Assembly: GCA_002269645.1 (NCBI GenBank)
Contig: NIVC01000061.1
Coordinates: forward strand, 434,001-498,000
Direction: 5' to 3'
DNA from: Macrostomum lignano
Lineage: Eukaryota
DNA length: 64,000 nucleotides
The translations under genes and the position numbers were made by a program. The stretch's first letter is position 1. Every line of letters starts with the position of its first letter. Under the pieces are notes generated by a model that was not told where the DNA came from, ran no database searches, and worked only from the letters and a program-made list of their open reading frames with translations. This document shows positions 55,444-64,000 of this stretch, piece after piece.

Positions 55444-55864
55444 GACTGGCAACCGAGCTCAGTTGGCGAGCGCTGCACCTGCTGAGCGCTTTTGTCCCGG
55501 GATGAAGGAGAAGAGATGAGGCGGCCGAGTCAAGGCAGGACGGTGATTGGTCGAGCGGGCAGCCATTGAGAAAGCTGGGTCTGTCTGTCTTGTGGCTGTG
55601 GCAACCAAACTGAGGCCGGCACTGACTTTGACACTGGAAGCGGAGGTTTGGAGTTGGAGACTCTGGCAGGGGGGGGGGGTCGCACAGAGGCGCAACGGGA
55701 CACCGCGGATGCGGAAGCAGCAGAGCCTGGCATCGCTGGCGCTATCACGTGTCAGCAAACAGCCAGGATAGGGTTCACAGCTTGTTTACCTGCTTCTCAT
55801 TTGCCTAAAATGTTCAGGTATCTGTCACATTTAATGCGACCCTAGACTATATTCCAGTGTTACC

Positions 55865-56200
55865 ATGCTCATTCACCACAATCGTGAGTCACTGTGACAA
55901 CTCTCATTCGCCACAATTGTGAGTCACTGTAACAACTCTCATTCACCACAATTGTGAGTCACTGTAACAACTCTCATTCACCACAATTGTGAGTCACTGT
56001 GACAACTCTCATTCACCACAATTGTGAGTCACTGCAACAACTCTCATTCACCACAATTGTGAGTCACTGTGACAACTCTCATTCACCACAATCGTGAGTC
56101 AGTGTAACAACTCTCATTCACCACAATCGTGAGTCAGTGTAACAACTCTCATTCACCACAATCGTGAGTCACTGTAACAACTCTCATTCACCACAATTGT
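55865..56200. repeat. 35-bp minisatellite (CTCTCATTCACCACAATTGTGAGTCACTGTAACAA)
   Basis: Direct reading. Confidence 0.95.
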
Positions 56201-56760
56201 TGTAAAAACTGTGTGAGTCACAGAAATTTTGAGTCACTACGATATCTCTTTTCTTAGAAATGGTGAATGACACAAACATTCTCATTTACCGAAATGGCGT
56301 CAACTGTAGCAATTTTAAAAATCAATTTATCACTTTTAAAAATGTTTCACAGATTAACAGATGGGATTCCAAAATGGGATCGCGTATAAATTATACGCGT
56401 AGTATAAACTGACACGAAAACACCGTCATCAACAGAAAACAAGATAAAAAACCTGTTGCCTGAATCCGTCACTCCAGTCTGCATTCCCGCACCTGCGATC
56501 AAAATCTATCAAATTGCTCTCGGTAAATATTATTTTTATAATTCCAGCGAGTTCCGCGAGAATTGTGAACTAAGGCCTGGGGTCAAGTTGCAACCTCACG
56601 CGAACAACAGGCCCTGCAAGCTTCCGGATTGAAAAATTCCGCTTATGTCTAAAGTATGCTACTAATGAAAGTAGGAAAACCCGCATTACAAGCTGCATCT
56701 CAGTCTCTCTAGCTGAATTCCGACTCATGACTCGCTCAATGGATTCACAGCTCCCTTAAT

Positions 56761-57305
56761 TGACTCATGACTCATTCAATGGACTCATGACTCATTCAAT
56801 GGACTCATGACTCATTCAATGGACTCATGACTCATTCAATGGACTCATGACTCATTCAATGGACTCATGACTCATTCAATGGACTCATGACTCATTCAAT
56901 GGACTCATGACTCATTCAATGGACTCATGACTCATTCAATGGACTCATGACTCATTCAATGGACTCATGACTCATTCAATGGACTCATGACTCATTCAAT
57001 GGACTCATGACTCATTCTATGGACTCATGACTCATTCAATGGACTCATGACTCATTCAATGGACTCATGACTCATTCAATGGACTCATGACTCATTCAAT
57101 GGACTCATGACTCATTCAATGGACTCATGACTCATTCAATGGACTCATGACTCATTCAATGGACTCATGACTCATTCAATGGACTCATGACTCATTCAAT
57201 GGACTCATGACTCATTCAATGGACTCATGACTCATTCAATGGACTCATGACTCATTCAATGGACTCATGACTCATTCAATGGACTCATGACTCATTCAAT
57301 GGACT
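56761..57305. repeat. Nearly perfect 20-bp minisatellite (GGACTCATGACTCATTCAAT), ~27 units
   Basis: Direct reading. Confidence 0.98.
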
Positions 57306-57441
57306 CTTGAATCACTTAATGATCTCATGCTTCACTCAATGGACTCACTAGATAGCATCACAGCACAGAACAACTTGGCCACTCACCGAACTCTCAGTTC
57401 TGCAGACAAAGATAGCAAAACAACTTACGAGTATCGACACA

Positions 57442-57778
57442 TACTCTGATGTACTCTGATGTACTCTGATGTACTCTGATGTACTCTGATGTACTCTGAT
57501 GTACTCCGATGTACTGATGTACTCTGATGTACTGATGTACTCTGATGTACTCTGATGTACTGATGTACTCTGATGTACTCTGATGTACTCTGATGTACTC
57601 TGATGTACTCTGATGTACTCTGATGTACTCTGATGTACTGATGTACTCTGATGTACTCTGATGTACTCTGATGTACTCTGATGTACTCTGATGTACTCTG
57701 ATGTACTCTGATGTACTCTGATGTACTCTGATGTACTCTGATGTACTCTGATGTACTCTGATGTACTCTGATGTACTC
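57442..57778. repeat. 10-bp repeat (GATGTACTCT)
   Basis: Direct reading. Confidence 0.97.
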
Positions 57779-57965
57779 TCATGGAAAATCTGCATACTCT
57801 CACGTAGCAAGCATCCCAGCCATGCACCCATCTTCCGGAATAGATTAAACGATAATTAAACTGTTTCACACCGCGGCTGAGTGGCAGAATTGCAGCATCA
57901 GCATTCAGAAAATTTGCTTCAAGAACAGAGCATCAAGCCGGGAGAAACTTTTGAGATTCACAGGT

Positions 57966-58425
57966 AGGGGAGTCTCGCTCGGGCCCGGAGGCAGCAGTCG
58001 ATCAGTCTGCTTCCACAGCTGGTGCGCCCTCAGTCCCAGTTCACAGAGTCCCGAGCTGCATTCGCATTTGCACAGCTCGAGACACCTGCTGGGAGCTGCG
58101 TGGACTGCGGGACCAGCTGTGGTCCCAGAGAGCGGCCAACTGGACACCCCTGAGCACACCGGACGGTGTGATTGCGGGGTCGCTGGTGTCCGAGCGTTGG
58201 CGCCCTCCGGAACCGAAGCGAGAGGCTTCAGATGGAGAATTGGCGACGCCGCGGACTTGAAAGCCGCGGCATTGACGAAGTAAGCGAGTTAGAGGGGACA
58301 CTTGTTCTTCGACAGGACCCACTTCCAGTCGGTCATGGTGTCAGCCGACTTGCGAAAGCAGATCCAACTGGCCTGCGCTCTCCGCTTGGAGGCCTCTGAG
58401 CGCTCCAGGGCGGCCAGTTTTATGC
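57966..58425 (+). other. Copy 1 of a locally triplicated gene fragment (two putative exons separated by a 36-nt GTAAG...AG intron)
   Basis: Near-identical to 61096-61596 and to the reverse complement of 59712-59984. One frame stays open across the junction 58279/58316 and contains C-x4-C-x13-H-x5-H. Confidence 0.5.
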
Positions 58426-58884
58426 TGCCCAAGCGCAGGTCTATTTTTAGCTACAGATTGCCTCAAATTAGCGGAGTGACGCTTGGCCCTGGGTTGCGCC
58501 ACAAAGGCGAAAGCCCAGAAACTGCATATCTGCCTGTGCTATTTTTAGCCATACAGAAGATGACGCTTCAAAGTCCACACGCATAGCAATCAAGCGCTCA
58601 CTGTTAAAGCTCTAACAGATGCAGATGGCAATCCGGTTGTTCTATTTTTGTAGGCAACTGTGCGGGCAGGTGCAATTTCTGCAGGTGAAGTGCATTATAT
58701 GCATCCGTTGTCTGTCTGTCGAATCAATCTCACTCAAAGGGGCAAACCTTCAATGGCTTCATTCTCCCCCTTAGAATCAAACATGCAGCTTGCTCACAGA
58801 CTCAACTGGCTTGGAATTTGACAACTTTGCACCGATCTCAATTCAATTTAAATTAGATTGAAAACCATTCCCAAAATGGCCGCA

Positions 58885-59706
58885 ATGCCTACAATGCCTA
58901 CAATGCTTACAATGCTTACAATGCTCACAATGCTCACAATGCTCACAATGCTCACAATGCCTACAATGCCTACAATGCTTACAATGCTCACAATGCTCAC
59001 AATGCTCACAATGCTCACAATGCTCACAATGCTCACAATGCCTACAATGCCTACAATGCTTACAATGCTCACAATGCTCACAATGCTCACAATGCTCACA
59101 ATGCTCACAATGCTCACAATGCTCACAATGCTCACAATGCTCACAATGCTCACAATGCCTACAATGCTTACAATGCTTACAATGCTCACAATGCTCACAA
59201 TGCTCACAATGCTCACAATGCTCACAATGCCTACAATGCCTACAATGCTTACAATGCTCACAATGCTCACAATGCTCACAATGCTCACAATGCTCACAAT
59301 GCTCACAATGCTCACAATGCTCACAATGCTCACAATGCTCACAATGCCTACAATGCTCATAATGCTTACAATGCTCTCAATGCCTACAATGCCTACAATG
59401 CCTACAATGCCTACAATGCTCACAATGCTCTAATGCTCACAATGCTCACAATGCTCACAATGCCTACAATGCCCACAATGCTCACAATGCTTACAATGCT
59501 CTCAATGCCTACAATGCCTACAATGCCTACAATGCCTACAATGTTCACAATGCTCACAATGCTCACAATGCTCACAATGCTCACAATGCTCACAATGCTC
59601 ACAATGCCTACAATGCCTACAATGCCTACAATGCCTACAATGCCTACAATGCTCACAATGCCTACAATGCCTACAATGCTCACAATGCCTACAATGCCTA
59701 CAATGC
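58885..59706. repeat. 9-bp repeat (ACAATGCTC/ACAATGCCT)
   Basis: Direct reading. Confidence 0.97.
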
Positions 59707-59711
59707 ATTGC

Positions 59712-59984
59712 CGCCAATTCTCCATCTGAAGCCTCTCGCTTCGGTTCCGGAGGGCGCCAACGCTCGGACACCAGCGACCCCGCAATCACACCGTCCGGTG
59801 TGCTCAGGGGTGTCCAGTTGGCCGCTCTCTGGGACCACAGCTGGTCTCGCAGTCCACGCAGCTCCCAGCAGGTGTCTCGGGCTGTGCAAATGCGAAGGCA
59901 GCTCGGGACTCTGTGAACTGGGACTGAGGGCGCACCAGCTGTGGAAGCAGACTGATCGACTGCTGCCTCCGGGCCCGAGCGAGA
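59712..59984 (-). pseudogene. Copy 2: truncated inverted copy of the same fragment
   Basis: The reverse complement aligns to about 57973-58245. It is truncated at the 9-bp array. Confidence 0.8.
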
Positions 59985-60169
59985 GTGTATGCACATGTGC
60001 TCACAGAAAAATGGAGTTCAAATATGTGAGATACGTACGTGTACAGTATACATGTACATGTACACTATGTATCCACATGTGCAGTAACATGTACATGTAC
60101 AGTATGTATTAACGATTCTATATGTACATTTTATATGTACATGTATATGTCAAGGCTTACGGGGGGATT

Positions 60170-60548
60170 GCTGAGATGTCAAAGCATATGGGAGAATTGC
60201 TGGGATGTCATGGCTTATAGGGGGAATTGCTGGGATGTCATGGCTTATAGGGGGAATTGCTGAGATGTCAAAACTTATGGGAGAATTGCTGGGATGTCAA
60301 GGCTTACGGGGGAGGGGATTGCTGAGATGTCAAGGCTTACGGGGGAGGGGATTGCTGAGATGTCAAGGCTTACGGGGGAGGGGATTGCTGAGATGTCAAG
60401 GCTTACGGGGGAGGGGATTGCTGAGATGTCAAGGCTTACGGGGGAGGGGATTGCTGAGATGTCAAGGCTTACGGGGGAGGGGATTGCTGAGATGTCAAGG
60501 CTTACGGGGGAGGGGATTGCTGAGATGTCAAGGCTTACGGGGGAGGGG
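60170..60548. repeat. 33-bp minisatellite (GCTGAGATGTCAAGGCTTACGGGGGAGGGGATT)
   Basis: Direct reading. Confidence 0.95.
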
Positions 60549-61095
60549 ATTGCTGAGATGTCAAGGCTTACGGGGGATTTATTCCAGTAAGGTACTGTTG
60601 GCCCAATGGTCCTTTTAAAAATGCAGCGAAATTGGCGTAAATATACTACTTGGAAGTAGCAGTAGTATCCCAAAATGAAGCTACCATTTGGTGAAGAGGA
60701 ATACTAATTTGAGCTTAGCATTAGAATTCCTAAGATTATCTAAGGTTTATGGTTTTTTATCACAAACCTTGTAATTTCTGTAGCCGAGTGGCTTCACAAG
60801 CCCTAAATTTCAAAGGCAAAAAATACTTATGCATAGCACTTAAGCGCTTCACTCAGCGTTGTAAAGTATTCTGGTTCACAACGCCCTTAACGTGTATGTT
60901 AAAATACATTTGCATATAGACCTTAAAGGCTTAAAAGATTCCCCCTGTAAGCCTTGAAATCTCAGCGATTGGGACAAGTGGGAAGCACCGGTACATCTAG
61001 TGGCATGCTAAAGTAGTTTTCGAGTTCTCAAATAACCTAAGCCACAAGTCCTGTCAAGAAGCAAGCGGAACCCCCCTGATGCCACAGCAGCGCGC

Positions 61096-61596
61096 AGGGG
61101 AGTCTCGCACGGCCCCGGAGGCAGCAGTCGATCAGTCTGCTTCCACAGCTGGTGCGCCCTCAGTCCCAGTTCACAGAGTCCCGAGCTGCATTCGCATTTG
61201 CACAGCCCGAGACACCTGCTGGGAGCTGCGTGGACTGCGAGACCAGCTGTGGTCCCAGAGAGCGGCCAACTGGACACCCCTGAGCACACCGGACGGTGTG
61301 ATTGCGGGGTCGCTGGTGTCCGAGCGTTGGCGCCCTCCGGAACCGAAGCGAGAGGCTTCAGATGGAGAATTGGCGACGCCGCGGACTTGAAAGCCGCGGC
61401 ATTGACGAAGTAAGCGTGCTGCGGCAACAGGGGTTCCGCTTATTCCTCGACAGGACCCACTTCCAGTCGGTCATGGTGTCACGACAGGACCCACTTCCAG
61501 TCGGTCATGGTGTCAGCCGACTTGTGAAAGCAGATCCAACTGGCCTGCGCTCTCCGCTTGGAGGCCTCTGAGCGCTCCGGGGCGGCAGTTTTATGC
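61096..61596 (+). pseudogene. Copy 3 of the same fragment, disabled
   Basis: CGA>TGA at 61525-61527 relative to copy 1, plus a 34-bp tandem duplication at 61448-61515. Confidence 0.7.
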
Positions 61597-63175
61597 CCCA
61601 GCCCTCTTGTGTGGTGTGGGGTAGAGTTTCTGCGGGCGCAGCCGAGCTCATGCGGGGAGTGCAGTTCGACTGGCTCTTCTCTCTATTGTAATTACAACTG
61701 TATGTTTGCTGCCATTGACAACGGCTCCATTAGCAGCGATAAGTACATGTAGCTCATTTTCTAGCTTGCAACACTTTTGTGGAATGCACATGCGCCACAG
61801 TACATATACACGTGTATTGTACTGACTGAAGGATTTGGCGAATGATGTACACAGCTGTTTTAATGTATCAATTTTTAATGTACCGCGCCGCCACCTCTGG
61901 AGACAAGGGGGACGTACCCCCAGCCCCACAGTATGGGGGCACGCCAATGCTTTGTCCCCCGTCCCCCATCCCCCCCCCCCTACACTTCACCTTGTGACCC
62001 ATTGTGGAAATCAATAATTTTGCTTCAGGGCGCCAAAATGAGTGCCTGCGCGGCGCCAAAATGAGAGAGTGCTAATTCAAACATCGATTCTCAAAATAAT
62101 GTAAATTTAGGAATTTAGTCATGTACATGTAAAATTCTTTGGTTTTGCCCCCCACCAAAAAAATCCATGGCGACACATGTAGCATGTATGTACGAGTGTG
62201 CAAGAAAAATTGTAACTTCTATTTATCGAACATGTACGTACATATAGTATCTCATTATTTACGGTATTCACATACTGCTATAAAGAAGCCCAACTAACTA
62301 ACAAAATTACTAAGGAGACCGTGGGAGAAAGCGTTTGGAATAACGAATAATTATTTTGTGGTGGCTAAACTTGTACTTGTATTAAATTAAAGAAGTTAAC
62401 CCTAGCCCAGCTGTGCCTGTATACATGTAGTTCGTGACGCTGATCCAGGTTTATACATTTTTCAGATCTTTATTGACAGCGTATTTGGTGAGATATGAAT
62501 TAAGGCTATTTATGTGCATGTAGGAGTATGAGTACTATACATGCAGCTTATGTAGTACATGCATGTATAATTACCAAACCTGCTTTACCAAATGGTGACA
62601 TAATAATAAAAGGAATTATTTTTTCTTCACAACAGCAGTAAATAATTACTCAAATTTTAAGCATCTCGATCTTTGCCAATATGATCCATGTCATCGACAG
62701 CACTCTGCATGTTGTAGTACAGAAGGACTCTTGGCAACTCCGGAATCACGGGAAAAATTGAAAGCAGATTTTTTCACGATGCGGATCTACCTGCCACTCT
62801 GCTCCTCATTTTCCTCACTGCTTCTACTAAACAGTGGTTCTCTTGTTCGTTAGGAAAATGCGTGTAAATTATCAAAAATTTATTTTATTACAATTCGGCT
62901 TTGATTTTAAGCACATTTATTTAGTTTCGAAAACAGCTTTCTTTAAATTTTCAATATTACAAGCAAATATAGATTATCATATTAAAATGCTATAAATATT
63001 TTAAATCACTAATTAAGAAGCGATTTATGCAGCTTGTTTGTTATAAATATTGCTGGCATTGTAAACAGTTGCTAGAAATCGCAGTTTTGAACAAACAAGT
63101 TCGGACCGATTTATTTTAATCTCTTTACCAATACAGTTTGCTCCAAGGAGGCTTTCCTTTACAGCTTCTGGAAAA

Positions 63176-63958
63176 ATGGCTCGGCCAATAACTGATGAAG
63201 AGTTCCAAGATGTTGTTCGCCAATTAAGCTGTTCTTCAGTCGATAAAAGAAGAAAATTTGAAATCCTTAAAAATAATAGCAATGGAATTATTACGCCTCG
63301 GCAGGTTAGTTAGTTGACCCAATTTCTCAAGTTTTTTTTTAACATGTGAATATGAATTGGCTGGTAAGATGTCGGTAAAAATGTTTGAAAACAAAGCAAA
63401 TAGTATATATTATTTAAAAAAAAAATTTCTTTGTATATTGTGTGGAGATCTTTAAATAAAAAAGTAAATGACATTTAGGTAATTGCTTTAAATTTGAATT
63501 TTATTTATGCAATACTTGAGAAAGTGCTGATATAAAGAATATCAAGTTCATTTTTTAAAAAATTTTGTATAGCTAAAGAATCTCTGCAATAATTGAACTA
63601 ATAAATCTTCAGTTTTTATTTACCCGATTAATCATTTGAGTTTTACCCAACAATTGGCAATATTACTACATATGTGCATTTATGTATTAAAATCCACTGC
63701 TTCAGGCTATCGAGATCCTGCAGAAGTTCAAGGATGCCGCAGACAGAGTCAAGGCAATCCGTCTACTGGAACCGGTGTGTAAATTGCACCCATTTTTCGC
63801 CATATGGGCACAGTGGGTAAATTAATTAATTAACAATCGCCTAATGCTTTGCCTTTGCAGCGCTTTGGTCGGATGACTTGCCAAGAGGCGACTCAGATTC
63901 TTGGCGAGTTCTCTCTGTCTGGCACGGACAGGCTGATGGCGCTGGAGTGCCTGAAGCG
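63176..63958 (+). CDS. DUF4476-repeat protein (PROSER1 N-terminus-like), 5' part; continues beyond the window
   Basis: Exons 63176-63304, 63706-63774, 63861-63958 (GT-AG) give MARPITDEEFQDVVRQL...RQAIEILQKFKDAADRVKAIRLLEPRFGRMTCQEATQILGEFSLSGTDRLMALECLK. This fits the DUF4476 pattern (M..eeF..l; Qv..ll..f...kl.al.ll). Confidence 0.75.
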
Positions 63959-64000
63959 GTGAGTGTCTCCCATTTATCAGCTTTAGATAGCATGTCTCGA

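Noticed and set aside
58848-59785. MLT/SIV repeat ORFs and similar ORFs over other arrays
   Set aside because: Artefacts of 9-, 12-, 15-, 18-, 21- and 33-bp repeats.

Overview
Eukaryotic (animal) genomic DNA. GC-rich coding exons are separated by GT-AG introns and intergenic tracts filled with about 40 different micro/minisatellite arrays, roughly 26 kb or about 40% of the window by my manual tally. This architecture resembles a free-living flatworm such as Macrostomum; that is an inference, not verified. Spliced gene models reconstructed by hand: SRP54 (-, 5 exons, Met-poor M domain), a DOK/IRS-like PH+PTB adaptor (+), a TALE-class homeobox gene (-), a C2H2 zinc-finger exon (-), a secreted two-domain Ly6/three-finger-like, probably GPI-anchored protein that the ORF track does not show as one gene (+), a DEG/ENaC channel with an H-S instead of H-G gating motif (-), a class IIa HDAC (-), and the 5' part of a DUF4476/PROSER1-N-like gene (+). 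There is also a direct-inverted-direct triplication of an unknown gene fragment at 58-61.6 kb and a 4.3 kb foldback-like inverted minisatellite structure. The most striking theme is a link between tandem repeats and splice sites: junction-spanning duplications, an array of about 75 donor-like motifs, and an array of about 27 antisense-donor motifs whose first unit can fold the ENaC 5' splice site into a hairpin. I recognised no rRNA, tRNA, CRISPR array or intact transposase. Repeat boundaries are approximate.
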